In this document: positions 1-9,388 of the stretch, piece after piece
Layout: every line of letters begins with the position of its first letter
How positions within the stretch are numbered: position 1 is the stretch's first letter
NCBI GenBank assembly: GCA_040255465.1
Contig: JBDZVA010000001.1
Span: forward strand, 130,021 to 194,020
Reading direction: 5' to 3'
DNA length: 64,000 bases
From: Planctomycetaceae bacterium
GTDB lineage: Bacteria; Planctomycetota; Phycisphaerae; Phycisphaerales; UBA5793
The notes under the pieces: generated by a model
Database searches by the model: none
Told to the model about the DNA's origin: nothing
The model's input: only the letters and a program-made list of their open reading frames with translations
Made by a program: the position numbers and the translations under genes

Positions 1-1029
1 TCCATCGTCGTTCACGCGAATGCCCGTTTCCCAGGTGAACCCGCCGTCGGCGCTCCGTGCAAAGTAGAGGTCGGCTGTATCGCGCCGCTTGTCCGGCCAC
101 AACGCGTACACCCACCCGTGCCGCGGCCCCCCAGACGAATCCACGCCGAGAAACATCTGGTGGAATCCGGTCGGATTGACGTCCAGGAATCCCGGGTCGT
201 TGGCATCATCAATGCGCCGATCGATCCCGCCGCGACCGCCACTGCCGAACCCGTCGAATGTGGTCGGCACGTTCGGGTCCTTCGCATTGGTCGACTTGGT
301 GATAAAGATCGAGTTCTGGTTGTAGTTCTTCCACGCGGCATACACCTCGCCCTCGGGGCCCACCACCATGTGCATCATCCACTGCGTGCCGCCGGCATCG
401 GCAATGCGCACGCTTGGCGTCCAAGTGGTCCCGCCATCCGTCGACTCGACGTAGCAGTAGCCGCCGAGGTCGAAGTGATTCCATCCCCCATACAAGTGCC
501 CGTCTCCCATCCCGCCCGTGTTGTCGATCGCCAGCCACGGTTTGTCGCCATTGGTTGGGTCTTCAATGGCATCAGGAACCGACCACGTCTCACCACCATC
601 CATTGAGCGGTACATCCACTGCGCATAGTTGGGTCGAAAGACTTCGCTCCAGTAGTAGAACTCGCCGCGCGCGTTGACTTTGACCAGCGGATCAGATTGC
701 TGTGGGTTCTGATACCCCGGTGGGCCATTCTGCACCCCGCCATTGGTCCACGTCAGCCCGCCGTTTGACGAGTATGCATAGCCGGCATATCGCGCATCCG
801 AACTGATCGTCGGAAACTGTCTCCAGCCGACGACCAGCCGATTCGGATCGACCGGACTCACCGCAAAGGTCGGCTCATTCGCCGCATCGCCAATGATGTC
901 CCGCCCCTGGCTGTCTGTATTGATCTGCACGCCGCGCTGCGCCAGCGCCGTTGGCGCCAGACCCGCAAGGCAAACGACCGCAACGGACGCACAATGGCGC
1001 CGCCACGTCACACACATTGTCTCAACCAT
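1..1029 (-). CDS. BNR/Asp-box (sialidase-fold) secreted protein, N-terminal part only (3' end lies beyond window start)
   Basis: Absent from ORF track because it has no stop in the window. Manual translation from ATG (cat at 1027-1029) gives MVETMCVTWRRHCASVAVVCLAGLAPTALAQRGVQINTDSQGRDIIGDAANEPTFAV..WRQFPTISSDARYAG.., open to nt 1. Asp-boxes SMDGGETW, STDGGTTW, SADGGFTW. Clear paralog of 1058-2647. Confidence 0.75.
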   Translation of the reverse strand, partial: MVETMCVTWRRHCASVAVVCLAGLAPTALAQRGVQINTDSQGRDIIGDAANEPTFAVSPVDPNRLVVGWRQFPTISSDARYAGYAYSSNGGLTWTNGGVQNGPPGYQNPQQSDPLVKVNARGEFYYWSEVFRPNYAQWMYRSMDGGETWSVPDAIEDPTNGDKPWLAIDNTGGMGDGHLYGGWNHFDLGGYCYVESTDGGTTWTPSVRIADAGGTQWMMHMVVGPEGEVYAAWKNYNQNSIFITKSTNAKDPNVPTTFDGFGSGGRGGIDRRIDDANDPGFLDVNPTGFHQMFLGVDSSGGPRHGWVYALWPDKRRDTADLYFARSADGGFTWETGIRVNDDG

Positions 1030-1057
1030 GAGTAACCTTTTTCCCCTTCACCCGAAC

Positions 1058-2647
1058 TTATTGCACGTCGGCTTCAAACACGTTGCTCGCGTTCTGCCGC
1101 TGAATCGCCTGAAAGTAGATGTGCTGGCCGCGCGACTGCGGCGGCATCGTCACCGTCCACGACACGTTTCCCGAACCATCCGCGAAGCGAGGACCAACGC
1201 CCAGCCGCGGCTGCGCGAGATTCACCGGCACATCGAGCGGGCCGACATTGGTGTATCCATTGCCCCCCAGGCTGTACACAATCCACACGCGCTCGTTGGG
1301 CCGACATTCGCTGACATCAAACTGCCCCGGCCGCCCCGCCGTCAGCGGGGAGACGTCAAGCACCATCGGATGCAGACGCCGGAAGTACAGATCCTGCTCG
1401 CCGTTGTAGGTCGCGCTGTGCACAAAGCTCATCGAGCCGTTGTCCGACCGCGCGTGGAAGTAGTCGCCCATCTTGCGCTGCTGCGGCCAGCCGACCCTCG
1501 GATCAAACTGGTCGCCCACTGGCCGGCTTGGAGACCATGTCGCCCCGCCATCATATGAATGAGCGTAGTAGAGGCGAGACAGCAAGTGGCCTGGATCGTC
1601 GCGTGTATCGAACCACGCCGCGTCGAGTCGCCCGCCGGGCGCCATCGACATTGCGGCCATCCACTGGTAATCCCGACCCGGCGCATCATCATTCACGCGA
1701 ATCGGTGCGCTCCATGTCTGGCCGCCATCTGTGCTGCGTGAGAACATCACGTCCGCAGGATCATTGCCCGTCTGCGAGGAGCTGAGCACATAGACCCAGC
1801 CGCGCTGGGGGCCGTCATTCTGATTCGTCGCGATCCACACCTGGCTTGCCCCGCCATCCGGATTCATGGGCGGCTGCCAGACCATGTCACCAAAGGGAAT
1901 CGCAACTTCGGGCGTGAACGTCGGTGTCGCGTTTGGATCCTGCGCATTGTCCGACCGACGGATCTTCACTCCGCCGTTCTCCCACCAGCCGATGTACACT
2001 TCTGCATCCGGCCCAACATTCACATGCGCGAAGATGCTCGCGCCGACGCGCCATCGCGCCCATGTGCGTCCGCCATCCGTGCTCCGAGCAAACTCGCCGG
2101 GCAACTGCCAGATGCCATAGTGATTTCCTGTGATGTAATCGATCTCGTACCAGTTCTTGTCCGCAGACTGGTCGCGGCTGAACACCGGCTCCTCCCACGA
2201 GAACCCGCCGGTGTCGCTGCGATATGTGGCTACGCCAAGATGCGAGCCGCGGAAGATCAGGCTGTTGTAGAAGAACACGCCGTTCCAGTCCACCGCCAAC
2301 ACCGGGTCTGACTGCTGCGCATCGGGCGCATCAGGAGGTGGTGGAAGTGTCCCTTCATTGAACCAAGACAATCCACCATCCGTGCTCACCGCAACGCCGG
2401 CGTAGCGCGCATCAGAACTGATCGTCGGAAACTGCCGCCACCCCGCCACCATGTGCAGGGGGTTGGTCGGGTCGATGGCGAAACTCGGCTCGTTGGCGGC
2501 ATCGCCGGGAATGTTCTGGCCGTTGGCGTCATGGTTGATCTGCACGCCGCGCTGGGCCAGGGCACTTGCCGCCGAAAACGCAACTGCAGCCGCACCGCCG
2601 ACCGCAACCCACAGGCGCAGCGACGAACCCACATATCGATTGAACAT
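1058..2647 (-). CDS. BNR/Asp-box repeat (sialidase-fold) secreted protein
   Basis: ORF 1058..2707. Start moved to MFNRYVGSSLRLWVAVGGAAAVAFSAASALAQ (signal peptide, cat 2645-2647). Asp-boxes STDGGLSW, STDGGRTW, STDGGQTW, SYDGGATW. Carries the C-terminal ~100 aa module discussed in findings. Confidence 0.85.
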   Translation of the reverse strand: MFNRYVGSSLRLWVAVGGAAAVAFSAASALAQRGVQINHDANGQNIPGDAANEPSFAIDPTNPLHMVAGWRQFPTISSDARYAGVAVSTDGGLSWFNEGTLPPPPDAPDAQQSDPVLAVDWNGVFFYNSLIFRGSHLGVATYRSDTGGFSWEEPVFSRDQSADKNWYEIDYITGNHYGIWQLPGEFARSTDGGRTWARWRVGASIFAHVNVGPDAEVYIGWWENGGVKIRRSDNAQDPNATPTFTPEVAIPFGDMVWQPPMNPDGGASQVWIATNQNDGPQRGWVYVLSSSQTGNDPADVMFSRSTDGGQTWSAPIRVNDDAPGRDYQWMAAMSMAPGGRLDAAWFDTRDDPGHLLSRLYYAHSYDGGATWSPSRPVGDQFDPRVGWPQQRKMGDYFHARSDNGSMSFVHSATYNGEQDLYFRRLHPMVLDVSPLTAGRPGQFDVSECRPNERVWIVYSLGGNGYTNVGPLDVPVNLAQPRLGVGPRFADGSGNVSWTVTMPPQSRGQHIYFQAIQRQNASNVFEADVQ

Positions 2648-2822
2648 AGTCTTTCCCTCTCTTACCAACGCACATTCAAAACGCGCCGCCCGAACGGTCG
2701 AATCCACCTACAACGGCCGCCACACAGCATACCGCATCTGCGGCAGGGCATTGGCAAGAACCCCCCCGCAACCTGCTTTGTTCCCACAACCCCGCCACTC
2801 GCCCTGAAAGCCTCGCGGACCA

Positions 2823-3785
2823 TCAGCCGCGGCGCTTCACCAGCAGCCTGGCGCTCAGGACCGCCAGCTCCTCCGGGTCCATCGCGGCGAACCGCTCCAC
2901 CATCCGAGGTCTCAACGCCCTGACATGCGCTTCGTCGGCCCGCTCGATCACATCCACCCGCGCCACTTCAAACCCCTGGGCCGTGAACATCTGCGCCAGC
3001 TCGCCCACCCGGATCCGGTTACCCTCCCGGCCCTGCCGGCGCACTAGCAGTCGTTCGTACCGCCGATCGGGTATCGTCAGGAATTCCAGCGGCCGGTCCG
3101 CATCGCAGTGGTGCCGAAAGTCGACAAGATGCACACCGACTCCGCCGACGCGCGTGATCCGGGCCAGTTGCTTCACGGCTTGCGCCAGGTCAATGACATG
3201 CTCCAGTGTGGCGTTGGAGACTGTGGCGTCGAAGGAGGTGTCTTCCAACGCGCGCGGCCCGCCCTTGGCGATGTCGCCGGCCACGACCCGCACGATGGCC
3301 TCCGCTGCACCGCCGTTAGACGCCTCCATCTCCGCCGCCGCCGACCAGTTCTGCTCAGGCCAGCGCTGTTTTGCCAACGCCAGAAACGCCCGATAGAACG
3401 CCGGGTGATACGCGGCGTGCCACTCGACCGGGTATGCATCGATCGCTGCGACCTCCGCCGCCCCCGCCGCGCGACACACGAGCAGCGGTCCAAATGCCAG
3501 CCCTGGCCCGACTTCCAGCACGGTCAAACCGCTCAGGTCAGGAAAGGGGTCCACCTCCCGACTTTGCAGCGCCGCGATGTGTTGTGCGTACGCCAACCCA
3601 CCATCCAACGCGAGTTGGGCATCCGACTCGATCTGCGCCGGCGAGACGTCGTAATGCGGATAGTGAACGTGCAGACGCGTCCGTTCGCCCCGCCAAACCA
3701 TGGCGCGCAGCCTCGCTTCGCTCACCGCTCGACGAAGGGAGAGCGGCACGACCGCGCGATAGGTGCGTTTGGAGAAAGACCGCAT
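2823..3785 (-). CDS. class I SAM-dependent methyltransferase
   Basis: Motif I VLEVGPGLAFGP followed by acidic AAIDAYP. C-terminal half resembles Methyltransf_11-type proteins. Confidence 0.7.
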   Translation of the reverse strand: MRSFSKRTYRAVVPLSLRRAVSEARLRAMVWRGERTRLHVHYPHYDVSPAQIESDAQLALDGGLAYAQHIAALQSREVDPFPDLSGLTVLEVGPGLAFGPLLVCRAAGAAEVAAIDAYPVEWHAAYHPAFYRAFLALAKQRWPEQNWSAAAEMEASNGGAAEAIVRVVAGDIAKGGPRALEDTSFDATVSNATLEHVIDLAQAVKQLARITRVGGVGVHLVDFRHHCDADRPLEFLTIPDRRYERLLVRRQGREGNRIRVGELAQMFTAQGFEVARVDVIERADEAHVRALRPRMVERFAAMDPEELAVLSARLLVKRRG

Positions 3786-4120
3786 GCGAAGAGAGATGCC
3801 CGGACGCCGACGCCTCCAGACCGATCATTGTACCACCTCGCTTGTCAGTCCACGGCGCCCTGGCTCCTCGCAGGGTTTTGATGCCTGCGGCGTGCTCCCG
3901 GTCGCGTCGCACCAATATCATCCGTAGTCGGGCTGCCGCCTCACGACCATCCCCCAGGACAATGGGAACGCCGCTCGCAATGTCTTTTCTTTCACCCACA
4001 ATTCGCGATCACCGCCGACGGGCCACCACACTCGTGCGCCCGGATCGCCTGGCGCACCCAGCCCCGGGCCAGACGTCGCTGAACCCTCGACAGCGCGATG
4101 AAATCATCTCCCGCCTCAAG

Positions 4121-4465
4121 ATGGACCAGCCCGGCCCGCGCTTCTGGATCGCCGCTGCAATCGGCATGACCCTCTGGCTCACACTCGTGGTGCTGAGCAT
4201 CCTCATGATTCGGTGGGTCGGTCTGCCCGCCTGGCTCACCTGGTTGGCGGTCGCCGTCGCGCCTGTAGGTGTCCCACTGGTCTTCGCCCGCGCTGGCTAC
4301 TGGTACACGAGTCGCATCCGCCATCGGCAGATGATCCAGGCTTTGATTGACACGGGGCTGTGTGCCACCTGCGCCTACCGCATCGACAACCTTGTTGCCG
4401 GTCCGGACGGTTGCGTCGTTTGCCCGGAGTGTGGCGCCGCCTGGCGGACCGGGTCGTCGCCCTGA
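4121..4465 (+). CDS. small membrane protein with C-terminal CxxC..CPECG zinc-ribbon
   Basis: In-frame part of ORF 3371..4465. The upstream 250 aa are R/P-rich and overlap the methyltransferase antisense. Two TM helices (FWIAAAIGMTLWLTLVVLSILMI; AWLTWLAVAVAPVGVPLVFA), then CATCAYRIDNLVAGPDGCVVCPECGAAW. Alternative start at 3980. Confidence 0.6.
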   Translation: MDQPGPRFWIAAAIGMTLWLTLVVLSILMIRWVGLPAWLTWLAVAVAPVGVPLVFARAGYWYTSRIRHRQMIQALIDTGLCATCAYRIDNLVAGPDGCVVCPECGAAWRTGSSP

Positions 4466-4480
4466 CTCCTACGATCCCCT

Positions 4481-5995
4481 GTGCTCGCTCATATTGTTCT
4501 CTATGCCATTGCCGCTCTGCTCATCGTCGCCGGGATGATCGCGGTGCACTTCTCCGCCTTTGCCGACCGTTCCAAAGGGCGGCCGCGATGCCCGAAGTGC
4601 TGGTATGACATGACCGGGAGCCGCGGATTCGTCTGCCCCGAATGCGGACACGACGCGGCGAATCAGAAAAACCTCCACCGGACCCGCCGCTACCGCATGA
4701 AGGCACTACTCGGCGCCCTGCTGGTCTTCAGCGGCTGCTCTCTCGCCGCCCTCCCGACGGTTCAGGAGCAAGGCTGGACCGCTCTCATTCCCACCACCGG
4801 GCTCATGATCGTTCTCCCCTGGTCGGACAACGAGTGGGTGCTCAACGAGGTCGACGCCCGCGTCAACGCCACCAATCCTGAATGGTTCAGACGGCATGAT
4901 CGAGATATCTCCGACTACGGCAAGTTTTTTGCCCACCGATGCGCCGCCATCATCACCGCTGGACGCAGCCAGCCGCTGCGCCTCCGGGCCGTTCAACTCC
5001 TCTCAGACATGCGCTTGCGCGACGACATTGCTGAGCTGGCTCTCCTTCAAGCCACGAGCGACCCCGACCCAACGATCCGGATCGAAGCACTCAACGCGAT
5101 CGCCCAGGTTGCTGGCGCCCAGTCCATCATTGATCCCGGCCGCTGCGCCAAGCGAGTAGCGGAGTGCCTCAGTGACACACGCGTGGCGGTTCGGACCCGG
5201 GCGGCCCGCGTCTTCGACTTCCTCCAGCCACCCCATCCGGATGCCGTTCCCCCCCTCATCGAGGCTCTCTCAGATGAGCGAGCGGAAGTCCGTTCGGCGG
5301 TCTGCGACGTCCTCGTCGAATTCGGCTCCCTGGCTGAGCAAGCCGTCCCCGCGCTGACCCGACTCATTGACGACCCGTCTTCCGGCGTGAGCGCCAATGC
5401 AATCCGTGCGCTTGGGTCAATGGGAGTTACCGCCACGCCGACGGTGGACAAGATCATTCTCGCTCTTGATGCCCATGACCGAAGGACTGATGCCGCATTG
5501 AGAGCCTTGGCGAACCTCGGCCCGGTTGCTGTCCCAGCCATTCCCCGAGTGACGGCCATGCTCACGGATGAATCCTTTTCCCCCCAGCACCGGTTTTCGG
5601 CGGTCTTGACGCTGCTGGCGATCGATCCATACAACCCCGAGGTTTTGAACGCCTTGGAAATCGCGTCAAAAATTGGTGATCTCGAACTCGCACGACTGCG
5701 CATCGCCACTGAAATCGGCCGCTACCGCGCCGACGAACCCCAACAGGTTCGCATTCTGCTCAGCATGCTCCACGATCCGGCAAGATCGGTCCGCCAGGCG
5801 GCGGCACTCTCCCTTGGCCGGCTGGCGCCCCTCCGGCCCGATGAGATCGAACGGCTCCAGCAATTCGCCGGCGACCCTGATTTCATCGGCTGGGAGGAAG
5901 CCCAAAGCGCGCTGAGCCGTGCATTGGAGAAGCCGGAAGCGGATGCCCCCACCGGTGATGACCTCGAGAACCCGCCAAACGAATCACGCCGATAG
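4481..5995 (+). CDS. membrane-anchored zinc-ribbon / HEAT-repeat protein
   Basis: GTG start 16 nt after the preceding stop. N-terminal TM, CPKCWYDMTGSRGFVCPECGH, second TM, then about 8 PBS-lyase-type HEAT repeats (DPDPTIRIEALNAIAQV, SDERAEVRSAVCDVL, HDPARSVRQAAALSLGRL). Confidence 0.8.
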   Translation: MLAHIVLYAIAALLIVAGMIAVHFSAFADRSKGRPRCPKCWYDMTGSRGFVCPECGHDAANQKNLHRTRRYRMKALLGALLVFSGCSLAALPTVQEQGWTALIPTTGLMIVLPWSDNEWVLNEVDARVNATNPEWFRRHDRDISDYGKFFAHRCAAIITAGRSQPLRLRAVQLLSDMRLRDDIAELALLQATSDPDPTIRIEALNAIAQVAGAQSIIDPGRCAKRVAECLSDTRVAVRTRAARVFDFLQPPHPDAVPPLIEALSDERAEVRSAVCDVLVEFGSLAEQAVPALTRLIDDPSSGVSANAIRALGSMGVTATPTVDKIILALDAHDRRTDAALRALANLGPVAVPAIPRVTAMLTDESFSPQHRFSAVLTLLAIDPYNPEVLNALEIASKIGDLELARLRIATEIGRYRADEPQQVRILLSMLHDPARSVRQAAALSLGRLAPLRPDEIERLQQFAGDPDFIGWEEAQSALSRALEKPEADAPTGDDLENPPNESRR

Positions 5996-6014
5996 CCCCA
6001 GACCTCAGACCAGC

Positions 6015-6992
6015 ATGCCTGAACTGCCCGAAGTCGAACACCTGCGCCTGACACTCACGCCACGACTGGTCGGTCGAAACCTGGGTCGTGTCCGAGTGAT
6101 GCGCCGCGATGTGATCCGTGCGCTTCCCCCAAGGCGCGGTGCCGGTCGCGCCCCACTTGTCAACCTGCACGACGACCTTCTTGAGGGCTGCCGAATCCGT
6201 CAGCTGCGCCGTTGCGGCAAACAACTGGCCATCATCGCGGAAGGCGACGCTCCGGTTCTCCTTGTTCAGCTCGGAATGACGGGCCAGCTTCTCTTTCTGC
6301 CCGCCGGGCAACGGCCACACCGCACCGATCACATCCACATTCGCTGGTCTGTGGTCTCGGATCCACCGGGAGACCAGTTGATCTTCCGTGATCCTCGCCG
6401 CTTTGGTGGGGTGACTCCCTACGACTCGCTCGCCGATCTCGAGTCGGGCAACTGGGCCAATCTCGGGAGCGATGCGCTCACCATACGCCACCGCGACCTC
6501 CACGCTTCGCTGAGCAAGACCCGCCGCGCCGTCAAGGCAGCGCTGCTCGACCAGCAACTGATCGCGGGCGTAGGCAACATCTACGCCGACGAGTCGCTCT
6601 TCCGGGCTGGCATCCACCCGCTGCGGCTGGCTTGCACTCTGGACTCCAGGGAAACGCAGGACCTCGCTCGCGCCATCCGCTCCACTCTCAGGCGGGCGAT
6701 CAAGTCTGGGGGGACGACGTTGCGCGACTACGTAGACGGCAACGGCCAGAGCGGCCGCAATCGCGGTGATTTGCTTGCCTACTCACGCCAAGGCCAGCCC
6801 TGCCGGATCTGCGGATCTCTGCTGCAACATCTTGTGGTGGCCCAAAGAACGACAACCTTCTGTCCAAGTTGCCAGTCGCCACACCCATCCACCGTCTATC
6901 CACATGCCCGGGGCAATCGTCCATTGCAGCCACGCGGTGTCGCGAGAAGTACCACCGGTGTTCCGACGGGCACCCGGAGGCTGGGGCCTTAA
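6015..6992 (+). CDS. mutM: formamidopyrimidine-DNA glycosylase
   Basis: Canonical N-terminus MPELPEVE (ATG 6015, inside ORF 5919..6992). H2TH region. C-terminal zinc finger CRICGSLLQHLVVAQRTTTFCPSCQ followed by a ~40 aa tail. Confidence 0.9.
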   Translation: MPELPEVEHLRLTLTPRLVGRNLGRVRVMRRDVIRALPPRRGAGRAPLVNLHDDLLEGCRIRQLRRCGKQLAIIAEGDAPVLLVQLGMTGQLLFLPAGQRPHRTDHIHIRWSVVSDPPGDQLIFRDPRRFGGVTPYDSLADLESGNWANLGSDALTIRHRDLHASLSKTRRAVKAALLDQQLIAGVGNIYADESLFRAGIHPLRLACTLDSRETQDLARAIRSTLRRAIKSGGTTLRDYVDGNGQSGRNRGDLLAYSRQGQPCRICGSLLQHLVVAQRTTTFCPSCQSPHPSTVYPHARGNRPLQPRGVARSTTGVPTGTRRLGP

Positions 6993-7199
6993 GTTAGAAG
7001 AGGAGAAGAGAAAACATTCTTCATCTCCGTTAAAGCCTCTGTCGGTATGTGCACAGCACCACCAAGCCACACACAACCATCTGCTGGGTTTATGGTTACG
7101 AAAAACAAGGCCCGGTGGATATCCTGTCGCTTGGTTGGCGGCTGGTCCTCGTGGTCTGTCTCGCCAGATTGCACTGCCGCAAGCCACTGGTGGCTCCGC

Positions 7200-7208
7200 T
7201 GTGGATAA
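7200..7208 (-). promoter_or_regulatory. perfect DnaA box (TTATCCACA on minus strand)
   Basis: Plus strand reads TGTGGATAA. Lies in the 390-nt lower-GC non-coding gap 6993-7382. Confidence 0.5.
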
Positions 7209-7382
7209 TGCTGTGGGCACGGGGCGAGGCTGTCGGAGCAACACGGCGCAACAGGTCTTTCCCAACAAGTTGTGCACACAGATGGTCAGGACTCGATCGG
7301 CCGTCTGAGGAGTTGGTTGAGGTTGAATCCGGGTACCCCCTCTTCGTGTACCACCGAGCCGCGTTGATTACGGAGGAGATGC

Positions 7383-7880
7383 GTGCAAGTACCTGAGGCG
7401 AAGGCAGATACGGGAAGGTCAGAGGATCTCTCCAGAGCCATCGGTCAAGCGAGAATGATCCTCGCGACCCTAGCGACTGGTTCACTTGTGTTCGCTGCCA
7501 TTGTGCTGGGGCTGAACGCAACTCGAGGTCCAATACTTGGTGCCGGTCAGATTCTCCCCCAAATCCTTGCCGGACTCGCGCTGGTTCTGCTTACCGTCGG
7601 CGTGTGTATCGGCGTTGTTCTGACCCGACGTCTGGATGCGAGAGCGCGCAACCAGGAAGAAGTATCCATCGAACAGATTACCGGCTCGGTTGTCGTTTCT
7701 GCCGCGTTGGTGGAGGGGCCGTCGCTGCTTGCCACAGTTGCGGCGCTGCTCGGCGGAGTGCCATACCTACTCATCACTCTGGTTGGTGCAGCGGCGCTGC
7801 TTGTGCAGTGGTTACGCCTGCCGGATCGCATGCGCGACATGGCCGGCCTCACAGAGACCACCGCGTGGCACCATCGCTGA
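7383..7880 (+). CDS. hypothetical 4-TM membrane protein
   Basis: ORF with four hydrophobic helices and no recognisable motif. GTG start; alternative ATG at 7455. Confidence 0.55.
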   Translation: MQVPEAKADTGRSEDLSRAIGQARMILATLATGSLVFAAIVLGLNATRGPILGAGQILPQILAGLALVLLTVGVCIGVVLTRRLDARARNQEEVSIEQITGSVVVSAALVEGPSLLATVAALLGGVPYLLITLVGAAALLVQWLRLPDRMRDMAGLTETTAWHHR

Positions 7881-7903
7881 TCGATGCCGAGCCCCAACGC
7901 GAT

Positions 7904-9388
7904 TCACGACGAACGAATAGCCAGATCTCGCTCAATCATGTCCAGCCGACGGTCCATGCCCGCATCACCCGCGCGCAGGCGACCAATCTTGTCGACTGCG
8001 TGCATCACCGTGGTGTGATCGCGGCCGCCGAAGAAGCCGCCGATCTCCTGGAGACTGTGGCTCGTGTGGCAGCGGGCGAGATACATCGCCACCTGCCGCG
8101 GCAGCGTGATGGATTTCTGACGCCGCTTTGAGAAGAGGTCGGTCTGCTTCACTTCAAACTGTCGCGCCACGGTCGAGATGATCGCCTGAATATTCACGAT
8201 TGGTGTGAGCGGTGTCGGGGCGTCGCCCAGCGCTTCGCGCGCCAGTTCGAGATCGATGATGCGGTTCATCGCCATCGCCGTCGCTTGCAGTTGCGTGAGC
8301 GCCCCCTCGAGTTCGCGGATGTTCGAATCGGTGTGATGAGCGACGTAGCAGAGTACATCATCTGGTAGGACCAACCCGCGCAACCGCGACTTGATGCGTA
8401 GGATGGCCAGCCGTGTCTCGTAGCACGGCTTGTCCATTCGCGCGACCAGACCGGACTTGAACCGACTCAGCAAGCGATCTTCCAGTTTGGGAATTTCGTT
8501 GGGCGCCGCGTCAGAACTGAGCACGATCTGCTTGTGCGATTGCGACAAGCTGTTGAAGGTGTGAAAGAACTCTTCCTGAGTGCGCTCATGGGCCGCAAGG
8601 AAGTGGATGTCGTCGACCACCAGCACATCAATGTCGCGGAACTTGTGACGGAACTGCAGCATCTGCCCCGCCTGCACCGCCTCCATGAACTGGCTGACAA
8701 ACCCTTCGCAGGAAACGTAGTAGATGCGGCAATCCGGATTATTCGCGAGAATGGCCTGGCAGATTGCCTGGAGCAGGTGCGTCTTGCCTAGACCCACACC
8801 ACTGTGAATGAAGAACGGATTGTAAGAATTCCCTGGTTGCTGAGACACCGCAACCGCCGCGGCATGCGCAAGACGATTGTTGGGTCCGACGATGTAGGTC
8901 TCAAACGAGTAGTCCGGATTGATGACCATCTCGTCGTACAGGGTGCCCCAAACCGTACCACCCGGCGTGCGCCCGGCGTTGCCGTTGAGTGGTGGGACGG
9001 ACTTGTGCGCGTGGCCGTTGCCGTTGGTTGAGATAGGCGGTGACGCCGCAGCGGTCGGCGCCGGTTGCGACGGGACCGGTGGGCGCAGCGTGAACGGTTC
9101 AACGTGAATCTGCGGCTGGGGCGGTAATTGCTCCGCCTCCTCAGTCGAGACGAACACCACGCTAAGCAGACGGCCTGTAACGCTTTGCGCCGCTTCGCGG
9201 AAGATCTCAACACATTGGCGCTGCAGGTAACGCAACTGCACTGGCTGCGCGGCGCTCAGTGTGAGCACGCCTGACGCCAGATTGACGATCTCAATCTCTT
9301 CAAACCACTGGCGGCAGCGATCCGGATGATGCCGCCTCAAGTGCGCAAGAATCTCGTCCCAGATCATCGGATCGGGGTTAATTGGCAT
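7904..9388 (-). CDS. dnaA: chromosomal replication initiator protein DnaA
   Basis: ORF 7904..9499. Start placed at MPINPDPMIWDEILAHL (cat 9386-9388), typical of DnaA domain I. Pro-rich linker. Walker A GVGLGKTHLL, VLVVDDIHFL, and a C-terminal DNA-binding domain with DHTTVMHA. Confidence 0.93.
   Translation of the reverse strand: MPINPDPMIWDEILAHLRRHHPDRCRQWFEEIEIVNLASGVLTLSAAQPVQLRYLQRQCVEIFREAAQSVTGRLLSVVFVSTEEAEQLPPQPQIHVEPFTLRPPVPSQPAPTAAASPPISTNGNGHAHKSVPPLNGNAGRTPGGTVWGTLYDEMVINPDYSFETYIVGPNNRLAHAAAVAVSQQPGNSYNPFFIHSGVGLGKTHLLQAICQAILANNPDCRIYYVSCEGFVSQFMEAVQAGQMLQFRHKFRDIDVLVVDDIHFLAAHERTQEEFFHTFNSLSQSHKQIVLSSDAAPNEIPKLEDRLLSRFKSGLVARMDKPCYETRLAILRIKSRLRGLVLPDDVLCYVAHHTDSNIRELEGALTQLQATAMAMNRIIDLELAREALGDAPTPLTPIVNIQAIISTVARQFEVKQTDLFSKRRQKSITLPRQVAMYLARCHTSHSLQEIGGFFGGRDHTTVMHAVDKIGRLRAGDAGMDRRLDMIERDLAIRSS

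Noticed and set aside
3371-4120. N-terminal 250 aa of ORF 3371..4465
   Set aside because: The stretch is R/P-rich and overlaps the methyltransferase gene in antisense. Only the distal TM plus zinc-ribbon part looks like a protein. Similar 5' over-extensions were trimmed for dinG, ffh, lexA, dxs, parB, dnaA, the MBL gene and others.
6993-7382. tmRNA or RNase P RNA in the mutM-downstream gap
   Set aside because: The minus strand begins GGGGGTACCCGGATTCAAC, which superficially resembles a tmRNA 5' end. However, there is no matching 3' acceptor/T-arm (no GGTTCGAnTCC...CCACCA), no tag-like reading frame ending in ALAA, and no GAGGAAAGTCCGG / ACAGAA P4 motifs.
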